Below, in pieces: positions 7,608 through 17,896 of a stretch of DNA of 64,000 nt (its first letter is position 1; the number at the start of each line of letters is the position of its first letter). The translations under genes were made by a program, and so were the position numbers. The notes below the pieces were generated by a model. It was not told the DNA's origin. It did not search any database and was given only the letters and a program-made list of their open reading frames with translations. Origin of the DNA: Candidatus Nanosynbacter sp. (lineage in GTDB: Bacteria > Patescibacteriota > Saccharimonadia > Saccharimonadales > Saccharimonadaceae); NCBI GenBank assembly GCA_015257505.1, contig JABZKB010000002.1:52085-116084 (forward strand), given 5' to 3'.

Positions 7608-10082
7608 ATGACTGAAAGACAGATTAAAAAGTTGGAAAAGAATTTTGAGGGGGATGGTTTTTTGGGGCTAACTTCTAAAGAGGTGGAGGAACGCAAGAAA
7701 AAAGGATTAGCCAATACAGCGGTGGAAACACCGTCAAAAACGATTGGCGAGATTATTGCATCAAATATTTTTACTTACTTTAACTTTGTTTTTCTGTTCA
7801 TTGCGGCTTTACTTATTGCGGTTCGTTCTTTCCGAGATTTAAGTTTTTTGCCTCTAATTATTATTAATTCCCTGATCGGTATTTTACAAGAGCTTCGGGC
7901 GAAGCAGATTCTAGACAAGTTAACTGTTTTACATTCACCTGAAGTCATGGTAGTGAGGGATGGTAAGGAAGTAAAAATCAAAATTCATGAGCTAGTGATG
8001 GACGATATCATGGTGATGGTTTCTGGAAATCAGATTCCAGCCGATGCGGTGGTAATTGGCGGTGAAGTGGCGGCGAATGAATCACTACTCACGGGTGAGT
8101 CAGATGACGTGATGAAGCGAGAGGGTGATGAATTGTTCTCTGGTAGTTTTATTGTCTATGGAAAATGTTTTGCGCGAGTAATTCGTGTCGGTAGTGAATC
8201 TTATGCGGCAAAACTAACCATGAAGGCGAAGGAGATTCGCGTGGGTGAACAGTCGGAGATTTTGAGATCGCTCAATAGTTTTGTGAAATTAGCCGGTATT
8301 GCAATTATTCCAATCGGCATCATTATGTTTGCACAACAATATTTTTTGCATAGTGCGACGGCAAAGATGAGTATTCAGGCGATGGTGGCAGCGATTATGG
8401 GGATGATTCCAGAGGGGCTGTTCTTATTGGCTTCCGTGACGCTGGTACTTTCGGCGGTGCGTTTGGCTCAGAAAAAAGTTCTTGTGCATGATATGAAATG
8501 TATTGAAACGTTGGCGCGAGTAGATGTTTTATGCGTAGATAAAACCGGAACAATTACGACGGAAAAAATGAATGTCGAGAGGGTAGTTGAAATTTCGAAA
8601 AATTCTGCGGGATCCGATAGTTTGGATACGACTTCCCTGCTCGATTTTGTTAGTGAGTTTCAGGCTGAAGATAATGAAACAATTCGGGCAATAAAGCGAT
8701 ATTTTGCGAAGAACCATGAGAGTGAAATGCAGGAGGAAGTGAGGAAGCAGATTGCGAAGACTTGTGGCAAGATGGAGCGCGTTTTGGGATTTTCGTCAAA
8801 ATATAAATATAGCGGCGTGCAGTTTAAGAATCATACATATGTAATGGGCGCACCTGAATTTGTTTTACGTGACGATTTTTCAAAATATGCGGATAAATTT
8901 AGCAAGTTTACGGAAGACGGTTATCGAGTTTTGGTATTTGGTGAATATATGGGGAGATTGGATTCTGAAAAATCTGAGGTTGCGCTTTGTGAAAAGGTAG
9001 TGCCTTTGTTTGCGATAGTTTTATCGAATGAGATTCGAGAGACTGCGCCGGCGACTTTTGCTTACTTTAAGGAACAGGGGGTTAAGATTAAGGTGATTTC
9101 TGGTGATAATGCAAGAACAGTCTCGGAGGTTGCAAAACAGGCTGGAGTGGAGGATGCAGAAAAATATATCGATATTTCTACTGTGAAAGACGCAAAAGAA
9201 TTTCGTGCGGCAGTTTTAAAATATACCGTATTCGGGCGCGTGAAGCCTGAAGAGAAATTGAAGATGGTAAAGATATTGAAGTCGGCTGGACACACTGTGG
9301 CGATGACTGGTGATGGCGTGAATGATGTCTTGGCGCTGAAAGAGGCGGACTGTTCGGTGGCGATGGCTTCGGGGTCGCAGGCGGCAGTGCAGGCTTCGCA
9401 ACTGGTATTATTAGAATCGGATTTTGCACGGATGCCACAAATCGTGAAGGAAGGACGTCAAGTGGTGAATAATCTGGAGCGCTCTGGTTCCCTGTTCCTT
9501 GTAAAAAACATTTTTTCGTTTATCGGGGCGATTTTGTCGATTAGTTTTGGCATGATTTATCCATTAGTGCCAACGCAGGTATCGTTAGTTACAATGTTTA
9601 CGATTGGCGTACCTAGCTTCTTTCTTGCGCAAATACCAAATCAGAATTTAATTAAGGGCAATTTTATTCTGAATGTTCTATCTAAGGCAACACCGGCGGC
9701 TATTACTAACGTGATTGTTATTTGGCTCTTAGTACTAGTTTCACAGATTTTTCATATTGGACGATTGCAGCTTGGAATGCTTTGCGTGTTAGCTTGGGAG
9801 GTTGTTGGGATTATTTACTTATATCGAGTCTGTCGTCCGTTTGATAATATTTGGAAGAAACTCATCGTTGGCGGATGTAGCTTTGGTATGCTATTCTGTA
9901 TGATTTTCTTGCAGGATTTGTTTGGTATTACTTTCGAGCTATCAGTCTTTGAGTGGGGGATTTTTGGCGTAACAGCTGGGCTCGTTTTACCTATTATGGT
10001 GTTATCTGAACGCATACTAGGATATCTTTATTTTCACTTCTTTATGGATGTGATTCAGAAGAAATTGATTGATAAAGATTAA
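7608..10082 (+). CDS. Cation-transporting P-type ATPase (P2-type, Ca2+/Mg2+-like)
   Basis: 824 aa with the DKTGTIT phosphorylation motif, the TGDGVNDVLALKEAD hinge motif, and 8-10 predicted TM helices. Confidence 0.85.
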   Translation: MTERQIKKLEKNFEGDGFLGLTSKEVEERKKKGLANTAVETPSKTIGEIIASNIFTYFNFVFLFIAALLIAVRSFRDLSFLPLIIINSLIGILQELRAKQILDKLTVLHSPEVMVVRDGKEVKIKIHELVMDDIMVMVSGNQIPADAVVIGGEVAANESLLTGESDDVMKREGDELFSGSFIVYGKCFARVIRVGSESYAAKLTMKAKEIRVGEQSEILRSLNSFVKLAGIAIIPIGIIMFAQQYFLHSATAKMSIQAMVAAIMGMIPEGLFLLASVTLVLSAVRLAQKKVLVHDMKCIETLARVDVLCVDKTGTITTEKMNVERVVEISKNSAGSDSLDTTSLLDFVSEFQAEDNETIRAIKRYFAKNHESEMQEEVRKQIAKTCGKMERVLGFSSKYKYSGVQFKNHTYVMGAPEFVLRDDFSKYADKFSKFTEDGYRVLVFGEYMGRLDSEKSEVALCEKVVPLFAIVLSNEIRETAPATFAYFKEQGVKIKVISGDNARTVSEVAKQAGVEDAEKYIDISTVKDAKEFRAAVLKYTVFGRVKPEEKLKMVKILKSAGHTVAMTGDGVNDVLALKEADCSVAMASGSQAAVQASQLVLLESDFARMPQIVKEGRQVVNNLERSGSLFLVKNIFSFIGAILSISFGMIYPLVPTQVSLVTMFTIGVPSFFLAQIPNQNLIKGNFILNVLSKATPAAITNVIVIWLLVLVSQIFHIGRLQLGMLCVLAWEVVGIIYLYRVCRPFDNIWKKLIVGGCSFGMLFCMIFLQDLFGITFELSVFEWGIFGVTAGLVLPIMVLSERILGYLYFHFFMDVIQKKLIDKD

Positions 10083-11346
10083 GTAGCTTTTTAATTTGAG
10101 CGGATTGCATGACAGAAGGGCTGGCTTTGAGGGCCGCCTTACTCATGGTTTTAATTAATTCAGGATTTTCAAAAATATAGTCAAGAAGTTCAGCCATGGC
10201 AGCTGGAGTGTTGTTTTTGGCACGAAGACCACAGTGGTCTGGAATATTTTCGTCCATGGCGGGATCAGCATATATAACAGGGAGACCACAAGCGATGGCT
10301 TCGAGGATAGTCATACCCTGGGTGTCAAAACCGTAGGAATTAATGATTGAGAGGTGCTGGTCTTTTTCGTATTGAAAAAGTTCTTCATGGAGGACTAGTC
10401 CAAGGAAGACGATTTTTGTATCAGTGAGATTTGTCTTTGCGAAGGCCTTGGCTTCCTGGAGTTGATTCCCATCACCGATAACTGTGAGTTGAATATTTTT
10501 ATGGTATTTGGATTGTTTTATCGATTCGAGGAAAGGTAGGATGCGTTTTTCTTTAGAGATGCGAGAAGACCAAATAATTTTTAATGGATCATTTTGCTGT
10601 CGTTCGCGTATCTTAAAACTGTATTTTGCGAGTAGTTCATCGTCAATACCATTAGACACTACATGTACAGTTTTTGCGGCGTGGTAGTGCTCGAGGTTTT
10701 TGGCGAAGTGTTGAGAGGGGGAAATTACGATGTCGGCAAGACTCGCTTGTCTTATCATTAATTCCCACATATTTCGATGGACTGAAGTTGTAATTAAATA
10801 GTCGTCTTTTTTAGGAAGTGTTATTTTTCTTTGTTGAATTGATTTTAGGCTTTTTTGGTGTAGGAGATTTAATAATGGAGCAACCAGATAGTTAAGTGGG
10901 GTTGGAACATTGGTGTAGATTGCGATATCTTCACGTCCATGCATGGTCTGCACTAATTTCAAGTGATACTTTTTGGCCAATTTAACTCCTGCAATACTAC
11001 AACTAGCTTCGTAATGCACGTGAACTAAATCAAAAGAACTGGAAAAATTAGGGTAAAGTTTATTGATGTATTTTAGGATTTTTGTTGGAGATTTTGCGAG
11101 CGGCGCACCGTTGGGGTGTAGGTATTTGAATGTGGGAACAATCACGATATCTTCATTGGAATTTTTGTCTAAAGAAAAGCGGGACTTCTTATCCATAGAA
11201 ATGCCTGGCTGTTGTTTTTTCCAGCCAGGACAGAAGATCGTAACGTGATACCCGAGTGATTCGAGTGCGGTTTTCTGAGCCTTAATGGAGGACGGAATGC
11301 CGCCAGGAATCTCGAGAAAGACATCAGTGAAGAAGGCGATGCGCAT
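10042..11346 (-). CDS. Glycosyltransferase family 1 (GT4-like)
   Basis: 434 aa. N-terminal MRIAFFTD... and C-terminal EAIACGLPVIYAD... motifs typical of GT4 retaining glycosyltransferases. Start is TAATG-coupled to the upstream gene. Confidence 0.8.
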   Translation of the reverse strand: MRIAFFTDVFLEIPGGIPSSIKAQKTALESLGYHVTIFCPGWKKQQPGISMDKKSRFSLDKNSNEDIVIVPTFKYLHPNGAPLAKSPTKILKYINKLYPNFSSSFDLVHVHYEASCSIAGVKLAKKYHLKLVQTMHGREDIAIYTNVPTPLNYLVAPLLNLLHQKSLKSIQQRKITLPKKDDYLITTSVHRNMWELMIRQASLADIVISPSQHFAKNLEHYHAAKTVHVVSNGIDDELLAKYSFKIRERQQNDPLKIIWSSRISKEKRILPFLESIKQSKYHKNIQLTVIGDGNQLQEAKAFAKTNLTDTKIVFLGLVLHEELFQYEKDQHLSIINSYGFDTQGMTILEAIACGLPVIYADPAMDENIPDHCGLRAKNNTPAAMAELLDYIFENPELIKTMSKAALKASPSVMQSAQIKKLLNLYQSISSESHP

Positions 11347-13358
11347 TACCAGCCGCCGCCACCTCCGCCACCTCCGCCACCGCCGGAGAATCCACCAGAG
11401 AAGCCGGATCCGCCGGAACTACCTGGAAGGGAGACGGAGCTTGAGATGCTGCTGTTTAGACTGTGGAAGCTAGAATTGGAAAATGCGTACCAGACTGGGA
11501 GGGTCATATCTTGTTCGTCGACAAGTTTGTAATACTGATCGAGTGATTTAAGCCAAGATTTTTCCTGTCCAAAGATGATGGCATATGGAAGAAGAGTTTC
11601 GTAAAGTTTGACAATTCCCTCATTTGTCGTATCGGCGCCGTCGACGCTTTGGAGGAATTTGAGACGGTCTGCTTCGGCCATTTTAATGTAGGTTTCGAGG
11701 CCTGCTAGATAATTGGCGCGATCGAGACCTTGTTCGGTATATTTCATGTATTTACTACCAATAGACGGAACACAGGTAACCATGATGATATAGAGTGGTG
11801 CTGCGAAATAAATTGTACCGTGCAGTAGAAATTCGTTTTCAATAATTGCAACAGAGGCATATTCACCAAAGGTATTGATGAACCATTCCTGTCCAGAGAG
11901 TCCGAGAATAAGTAGAATGGTGGCGATAATGCATGGAACTGCAATACTGAGGACCTTTTTCCATTTTACATTAGCAAAATATTTGTATTCTGGTTCAAGG
12001 TCACCACGATCGCGGAGATTAGCTTCAATGTGCTCATCAAAACTCTTAAAGAGTGCAGTGATGGTAGCAGTAGCTTTATTGGACTTTAATTCAATAATCT
12101 GATCTTTTTGTAATAGATCGAGTCCACCATTCATGACCTGGAGAAGGATTTTTTGGTCCTCGCTGAGGTTTTTTACGTCAAGTAGCTTAACTGCCCACTT
12201 TTCTTTACTAAATAATTTTTTCTTACCATCTTCCTGTTTGATAATCTCAATCTTTTTTTGGATAGCCATCTGGAGTACGGTTGCGACCTTAGGGTTCTGA
12301 GCTGGCTTAATGTAGAGGTTGGCCGCCTCGGCGATAGTGTAACCTTTTAGTGGTGTGAATTCGGTGGCAGTAATAAGATTTTTGAAATAGCGTCTCTTTG
12401 GTGCGATACGTTTTTTGTAGCGATTTACAAGGAAGAATCCGGTGCCAAGGAATAGAATAGTCATGCCGGCAACAGCAAAATAAGCGAGATAACTGACACG
12501 GCTTGGAGCTGGCTTGAAGGTGCCGTCAACGAAAGCAATAGCAAAAGTGAGACCCTCTTTTCGAGAGAGATTTTTAGCGCTGAAATTAAAACCGTCTTCG
12601 GTCTCGACTACATCACACTTCCCTTTTTCACCATAGGCGCCACTGTAGCAGACGTAAATATTGTAGAGACTTGAGATGAGTGATTCGTCAACATGGACAT
12701 TGGCAGTAACGGAACCGAAAGGTTGATTCCAGGCATTACCGTTGGCATTCCAATAGACTTCTTGAACGGTTTTATCTTTATTATTTTTGTCGTCATTATT
12801 CTCTTTGGATTGCTCTTTGACGGTTGTTTCTGAATCTTCCTCGTCATCATCGGTCGTGTCTTTATTGCTTGATGTTTTTGTCAGATCAATAATATTAACG
12901 ACATTTTCAAAATCATACTCGATGGTATAGGTTTGTTCACCATGGACGAAACTATCGGAATTTCCAATTTTTAGAGTAATTTTACCATCGGAATAATCCA
13001 TGGTGTATGGTTCATCATTGCCGTTACGTTTGACTTTGGCTTCAAAGTTCGCAGGATTTTTGACAACGATATTTTTACCACCATTGCTAGTAACAGGGAT
13101 AACACGTTTAATACCGTGATTCTGGTCGTGGTCTGGGAACTTGGCAACGAGGGTTTCCGTCACGTGCATTTTAGCAAGGTCATTTTCGCCTTTTGTAATA
13201 TGATAATCACCGACAAAACTTTTGAAAGTAAAATTATCTGTAACATCGTATTCATTACGATGACGTCTTGCGCTTACTGGTAAGGGAGTAAGCACTAATG
13301 CGGAGACAATAGTGATAATTAATGAGAATTTAAGGATATTTTTTAGTTGCCGAATCAT
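11346..13358 (-). CDS. DUF2207-like membrane protein with signal peptide, large extracytoplasmic domain, TM helices and a C-terminal poly-Gly tail
   Basis: 670 aa. Architecture and the terminal ...GSSGGSGFSGGFSGGGGGGGGGGGW tail match the DUF2207/YciQ-like family. The family assignment is from memory and was not searched. Confidence 0.55.
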   Translation of the reverse strand: MIRQLKNILKFSLIITIVSALVLTPLPVSARRHRNEYDVTDNFTFKSFVGDYHITKGENDLAKMHVTETLVAKFPDHDQNHGIKRVIPVTSNGGKNIVVKNPANFEAKVKRNGNDEPYTMDYSDGKITLKIGNSDSFVHGEQTYTIEYDFENVVNIIDLTKTSSNKDTTDDDEEDSETTVKEQSKENNDDKNNKDKTVQEVYWNANGNAWNQPFGSVTANVHVDESLISSLYNIYVCYSGAYGEKGKCDVVETEDGFNFSAKNLSRKEGLTFAIAFVDGTFKPAPSRVSYLAYFAVAGMTILFLGTGFFLVNRYKKRIAPKRRYFKNLITATEFTPLKGYTIAEAANLYIKPAQNPKVATVLQMAIQKKIEIIKQEDGKKKLFSKEKWAVKLLDVKNLSEDQKILLQVMNGGLDLLQKDQIIELKSNKATATITALFKSFDEHIEANLRDRGDLEPEYKYFANVKWKKVLSIAVPCIIATILLILGLSGQEWFINTFGEYASVAIIENEFLLHGTIYFAAPLYIIMVTCVPSIGSKYMKYTEQGLDRANYLAGLETYIKMAEADRLKFLQSVDGADTTNEGIVKLYETLLPYAIIFGQEKSWLKSLDQYYKLVDEQDMTLPVWYAFSNSSFHSLNSSISSSVSLPGSSGGSGFSGGFSGGGGGGGGGGGW

Positions 13359-13381
13359 AAGGCTAGTATATCAGAGTTTTT

Positions 13382-14302
13382 CTATTTTGTCGGTATACTG
13401 TCGATGGCTTTTTTGATGATATTAATGGACGACTGAAGTTTTAGCTCCTCATCTTCGGAGAGTTCAGTGTCGAGACGGCGCACCACTCCGCGACGACCGA
13501 CTACTGACGGAAAACCAAAAAAGGTGTCAGTGTAGGCATCATAAGTGGAAACTGGAAGTACACGACGTTCGTCGTTAAAAATGCAGTTAACGATACTGGT
13601 AACACAGGCGCCAATACCATAATAGGTAGCACCTTTTTTCTCAATGATCTTATAGGCGGCCAATTTGGTGTCTTCCTCAATTTTGTCAAGTTCTGATTTT
13701 TTTAGAAGTTTATTGATTGGCTGACTACCCACATTGGCGGTTGACCAGATTGCAAATTCGGAGTCGCCATGTTCGCCGACTTGATAGGCGTGAATTGATT
13801 TTGGTGAAACACTAAGTCTTTCGGCAAGATGGTAGCGCAACCTAGCAGAATCAAGAACAGTCCCAGAGCCAATAATTTTATAGCTTGGGAAGTTTGAATA
13901 TTGCATGGCGAGATAACTCATAACATCAACTGGATTGGTAACGATGAGAAGAATTCCATGAAAATTGGCGGCAAGAAGCTGGTCTACGACATCGTGTAGG
14001 ATTTTTGCATTGCGCGCGAGAAGCTCGATGCGAGTTTCACCTCCTTTTTTCTGCGCAGCGCCAGCGGTAAAAATCGCAATATCAGTGTCTCTAGCATCTT
14101 TTTCATAGCTTCCAGCGGAGATTTTTAGATAGGTTGGACTGACTGCGAGGGTGTCGCGAAGATCCATGGCTTCGCCCTCAGCATCGGCTTGATCGATATC
14201 AACAAGGACAAGTTCATTGACTGGAGTGCGTTGAGAAGCCAGAGAAAAACCGATACTTGCACCAACATTTCCTGTTCCAATAATCATAACTTTGTTTGAC
14301 AT
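13382..14302 (-). CDS. ldh: L-lactate dehydrogenase
   Basis: 306 aa. N-terminal Rossmann GTGNVGAS and the LDH active-site loop GEHGDSEF. Confidence 0.85.
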   Translation of the reverse strand: MSNKVMIIGTGNVGASIGFSLASQRTPVNELVLVDIDQADAEGEAMDLRDTLAVSPTYLKISAGSYEKDARDTDIAIFTAGAAQKKGGETRIELLARNAKILHDVVDQLLAANFHGILLIVTNPVDVMSYLAMQYSNFPSYKIIGSGTVLDSARLRYHLAERLSVSPKSIHAYQVGEHGDSEFAIWSTANVGSQPINKLLKKSELDKIEEDTKLAAYKIIEKKGATYYGIGACVTSIVNCIFNDERRVLPVSTYDAYTDTFFGFPSVVGRRGVVRRLDTELSEDEELKLQSSINIIKKAIDSIPTK

Positions 14303-14348
14303 AAGAGTTCCTCGCGATAATGTTTATGCTTTATTTTAGCATAGCGGT

Positions 14349-15152
14349 TTAATTTTTGCGATGGTCCCAGAAGATTGCACATTCGGCAGCATTCAGGAGA
14401 TTTGTAGGATTCCAAAGTGCAAGTGTGGAAATTTTACAGGCTAAGGTGCCAGACCAGAGGGTGAGTGGGGTGTAATTGGTTTGATTGATTGGGATAGTAT
14501 ATACGGTACCTGCACTTGCGAGAATGATTTGATTTTGATGAAAAGTAAGAATTGTGCAAGGGTAGCTGAGGGTGAATTTATGAAGAGTCTCGATGATTGG
14601 AAAAATCGGCATGGAGAGAAGGATCATTTTTGGATAAAGGGCTGCGCGAAAGATTTTTTGGAGCTGGACGAGGCTGGCCATGAGAATGAGATTTTTACGT
14701 TCAAGTATGCCTTGAATGTCGGCAGAGATAAGATCGACAGTGTCGCGAGTGACTACGACAAGTTGGTTTTCATGGAGTTTTCTTAGCGTGTCGATAATAG
14801 CAATTTCAGTGATCGAATTTTTGGAGAAATCGCCGGAGAAAAAGACAAGGTCGGAGTCAAGCGCAAAATTTTCGAGGGTAGATGACTTTGCAAAGGAGCC
14901 TGAGCTAGTGGAATCGGCAAAATAAACAGAAGCAAAAGCCGGGAGCTTACCTTGTAGGGCGCTTGGTAATAATAAGTTGGCAGATTTAATTGGTAAACTG
15001 TTTAGAAATTCAGTATTTTTAATTTCTACCATACAATTTTCTAGATTCCCACCAATAACCGCGATGCGACCAGTTTTTTGTTCTGGAATATTCCAGAGGA
15101 TTGAATCATCAACAATGTTATCTAGTTTTTTCCAGTAATCTGCTGCTTGCAT
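14349..15152 (-). CDS. YjeF C-terminal-like (NAD(P)HX dehydratase / carbohydrate-kinase fold) protein, apparently degenerate
   Basis: 267 aa. Collinear resemblance to the YjeF-C domain (IAVIGGN... / FFSGDF / ILASAGTVYTIP / LWSGTLACKISTLAL), but the canonical GGS and GDVL motifs are altered. Confidence 0.4.
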   Translation of the reverse strand: MQAADYWKKLDNIVDDSILWNIPEQKTGRIAVIGGNLENCMVEIKNTEFLNSLPIKSANLLLPSALQGKLPAFASVYFADSTSSGSFAKSSTLENFALDSDLVFFSGDFSKNSITEIAIIDTLRKLHENQLVVVTRDTVDLISADIQGILERKNLILMASLVQLQKIFRAALYPKMILLSMPIFPIIETLHKFTLSYPCTILTFHQNQIILASAGTVYTIPINQTNYTPLTLWSGTLACKISTLALWNPTNLLNAAECAIFWDHRKN

Positions 15153-15197
15153 AATTCCCTTTCTGGTTATTTTTTGATTATTAATAATATTAATTTA

Positions 15198-16034
15198 CTA
15201 AAATTCGAGAGTGATTGAGATCGGGCAATGGTCAGAGCCTAAAATCTCATTATGGATTTCGGCGTCTACTAAGTGATCTTTTAGTTTTTCGGAAATGAAG
15301 AAATAATCGATGCGCCAACCAACATTATTCTCGCGAGCGTGTCCCCAGTGTGACCACCAGGAATATTTGACAGTATCTGGATGGAGGGTACGGAAAGTAT
15401 CGAGAAAGGAGTTTTTGACGTAGTTCTCAATGCCAACCCGCTCTTCTTTAGTAAAACCAGCGTTATGAGTATTTTGTTTTGGTCTGGCGAGGTCAATTTC
15501 TTGATGAGAAACATTGAGATCACCACAGAAAACTACTGGTTTTTTCTGTTCAAGGAAGGTTAGATATTTCAAAAATAGCGGGTCCCAGAGTTCGTGTCGA
15601 AGACCTAAGCGAGAGAGATCATTTTTAGAATTTGGCGTATAGACTGTAACAAGAAAAAAGTGTTCAGTTTCGACAGTGGTAATGCGACCTTCGGAAAGTG
15701 GCGTGCCAAAAGTATCTTGATGGAGTTTTTCGATAAGTTGTTTAGTTTCTATGGTATCTATGTTTTTAAGAAATGACTCCATGTTGATTTCTGTTTGCAG
15801 AATCTGTTGGTTATTTTTTGCAAAAATTGCGGTTCCAGAATAGCCTGCGCGATCAGCGGAATTCCAGAATTCTTGATATTCAGCAAAATCTACTTCGACC
15901 TGATGTTTTTTAGCCTTTGTTTCCTGAAGGCAAAGAAAATCTGGTTGAGCTGAATCCAAAAGTTCTTGTAAAACACCTTTTTTGAGGACGGCGCGGATAC
16001 CATTGACGTTCCAGGAGTACAGTGAATATTTCAT
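15198..16034 (-). CDS. xth: Exodeoxyribonuclease III (AP endonuclease)
   Basis: 278 aa. N-terminal SWNVNGIRA and LQETK motifs, and C-terminal SDHCPI, typical of ExoIII/Ape1. Confidence 0.85.
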   Translation of the reverse strand: MKYSLYSWNVNGIRAVLKKGVLQELLDSAQPDFLCLQETKAKKHQVEVDFAEYQEFWNSADRAGYSGTAIFAKNNQQILQTEINMESFLKNIDTIETKQLIEKLHQDTFGTPLSEGRITTVETEHFFLVTVYTPNSKNDLSRLGLRHELWDPLFLKYLTFLEQKKPVVFCGDLNVSHQEIDLARPKQNTHNAGFTKEERVGIENYVKNSFLDTFRTLHPDTVKYSWWSHWGHARENNVGWRIDYFFISEKLKDHLVDAEIHNEILGSDHCPISITLEF

Positions 16035-16063
16035 ATTGACCTCATTGATAGTTTTAGCTATAT

Positions 16064-16489
16064 CTAATATTTTTGACGCTCACGGTCTAAGTCGCGATGT
16101 TTAATACTAATTCTCTTGTCATATTTTTTCTTACCAGAGGCTAGTGCGATTTCTAATTTAATATGACGAGAACCACCGAAAAGCTTGGTTGGGACAATAG
16201 TGTTGCCCAGTATTTTGGATTTTTGCATAGAGATAATCTGTTTTTTGGTGGCAAGAAGCTTGATGTTTCTAGCGGTATCAGCGCCGAGAGCCAGATTATT
16301 TAGCCAGAGCTCGCCATCTTTTAAGGTAATAAAAGAGCCTTTGAGCTGTACGTGATGATCGCGAATTAGGCGGACTTCTGGGCCAGAGAGCACCATGCCA
16401 CAAATTATTTTGTCGCCAAGATTATAATCAAAACTAGCGCGACGGTTGACGGCGACTTGACTAACTGGTTTTTTCTTGGCTTTATTCAT
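16064..16489 (-). CDS. smpB: SsrA-binding protein SmpB
   Basis: Start set at internal MNKAKKKP...; conserved SmpB core (GMVLSGPEV, KLLATKKQI, IKLEIALASGKKKYDKR). The ORF track extends to 16573 from an upstream ATG. Confidence 0.8.
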   Translation of the reverse strand: MNKAKKKPVSQVAVNRRASFDYNLGDKIICGMVLSGPEVRLIRDHHVQLKGSFITLKDGELWLNNLALGADTARNIKLLATKKQIISMQKSKILGNTIVPTKLFGGSRHIKLEIALASGKKKYDKRISIKHRDLDRERQKY

Positions 16490-16547
16490 ATTGCTATTAT
16501 AGCAGAAGTCATAGCCTGGATATTTGTGAATTTGATATAATAGAGAT

Positions 16548-17837
16548 ATGAGAATCGCGATTGCGTCGGACATTTATTACCCAATGACAAATGGTGTAGC
16601 TGTTTTTGCGCGAAATTTGGCGCGCGGGCTTGCACAGGCGGGACATGAAGTTCTGGTAATTTCCCCAAGCTTTAATGGTAAATTTCATATTGATACTGAT
16701 GAAGAGACGGGGATAAAAACTGCATATTTAACGTCTCTGCGTTTTCCCTTTTATCCTGACCAAATTAATGAAGTACCCGAGAAGAAAGATTTTTTGGGTA
16801 TTCCGATGCCGCGCTTGACTTATCGTTATGGAATTTGGTGGTCAGTGAATCCATACTCGGAAATTAAAAAAGTTTTGAGTGAATTTAAGCCGGATGTAAT
16901 TCATTTGCAGACCGCCGAGACGATTGCGCTTGCGGTAATGCGTTACGTGAAGAAATATAACGTGCCACTAGTTTCGACTGGACATGCTTATCCAGACAAT
17001 ATTACGGATCAGTTGGTGATTTTGAAGCCGAAATTGATTAAAAAAGCTTCTAATGCGATGATCCGAGCATATATGGCGAGTTTTTTGAAACATTCTGAGT
17101 ATGCGACTATGCCAACGGAAATGGCGATTGGTGATCTGATTCCTAAAAATCGTAAACATTTTAAGGTGACGGTTGAAGCTTTGTCGAATGGGATTGATTT
17201 AAGCGAATTTTATCCAAAACGCCCAAATATTGAGGTGTTGAAGAAATATAAATTGGACAATAAAAGTCAGAAAATTTTATATATTGGGCGAGTTGATCCA
17301 GAAAAAAGCATTGATCTTGTACTGAAGGCTTTTAAGGAGTTATTAGGTCTGTCAGGTGTGCCAGCAAAGAAATTGGAGCTAGTGATTGTGGGGGACGGGA
17401 TCGATTTGGCGAACCTAAAAGTGTTGGCAAATGAACTTGGAATTGAAAAACAGACGAAGTTTCTTGGGCGAGTAATGCCGCCTGAGTTAATCGAAATTTA
17501 TCGAGCTGGTAAAATGTTTGTGACGGCATCAGAGACGGAGACTCAGGGCATTGTTTTGATTGAGGCTGCGGCGGTGGGATTACCTTTGGTTGCAGTTGAC
17601 GCTGGGGCAGTTTCAGAATTATGTCAGGATGGAAAAAATGGTGAACTTTGCCAACCAAGAGACGTGGATGGAATCGCGCGGGCGATGGCGAAAATTCTAT
17701 TAGATACAGAATTGGCAAAAAATTACAAGTTGGGTTCGATTGAAATTGCTAAGCGACATGATCTAAAGCGAACGATTGCTAGATTTGAAGAGATTTATGA
17801 ACAGGCAATAATTTTAAAGAATAGTGAAGAACCTTAA
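16548..17837 (+). CDS. Glycosyltransferase family 1 (GT4-like)
   Basis: 429 aa. MRIAIASDIYYPMTNGVA... N-terminal domain and the C-terminal E-x7-E-like region (ETQGIVLIEAAAVGLPLVAVDAG). Confidence 0.8.
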   Translation: MRIAIASDIYYPMTNGVAVFARNLARGLAQAGHEVLVISPSFNGKFHIDTDEETGIKTAYLTSLRFPFYPDQINEVPEKKDFLGIPMPRLTYRYGIWWSVNPYSEIKKVLSEFKPDVIHLQTAETIALAVMRYVKKYNVPLVSTGHAYPDNITDQLVILKPKLIKKASNAMIRAYMASFLKHSEYATMPTEMAIGDLIPKNRKHFKVTVEALSNGIDLSEFYPKRPNIEVLKKYKLDNKSQKILYIGRVDPEKSIDLVLKAFKELLGLSGVPAKKLELVIVGDGIDLANLKVLANELGIEKQTKFLGRVMPPELIEIYRAGKMFVTASETETQGIVLIEAAAVGLPLVAVDAGAVSELCQDGKNGELCQPRDVDGIARAMAKILLDTELAKNYKLGSIEIAKRHDLKRTIARFEEIYEQAIILKNSEEP

Positions 17838-17896
17838 GTTTGAGTTCTGGTGGTGGGAGGAATTTTGTAAAAAGATTAGAAAGAAGAGAGATTGAG

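Noticed and set aside
9062-9438. Minus-strand ORFs inside the P-type ATPase gene
   Set aside because: They are fully contained in a well-supported CDS on the opposite strand. No RBS or conservation cues.
11346-11420. Locally GC-rich stretch (ccgccgccacctccgcc...) as a possible foreign insertion or repeat element
   Set aside because: It is simply the run of GGN glycine codons encoding the poly-Gly tail of the DUF2207-like protein, in frame with the upstream CDS.
16490-16600. tmRNA (ssrA) expected near smpB
   Set aside because: No tRNA-like 3' domain (GGTTCGA...CCA) or tag-peptide reading frame could be found adjacent to smpB. ssrA is presumably elsewhere in the genome.
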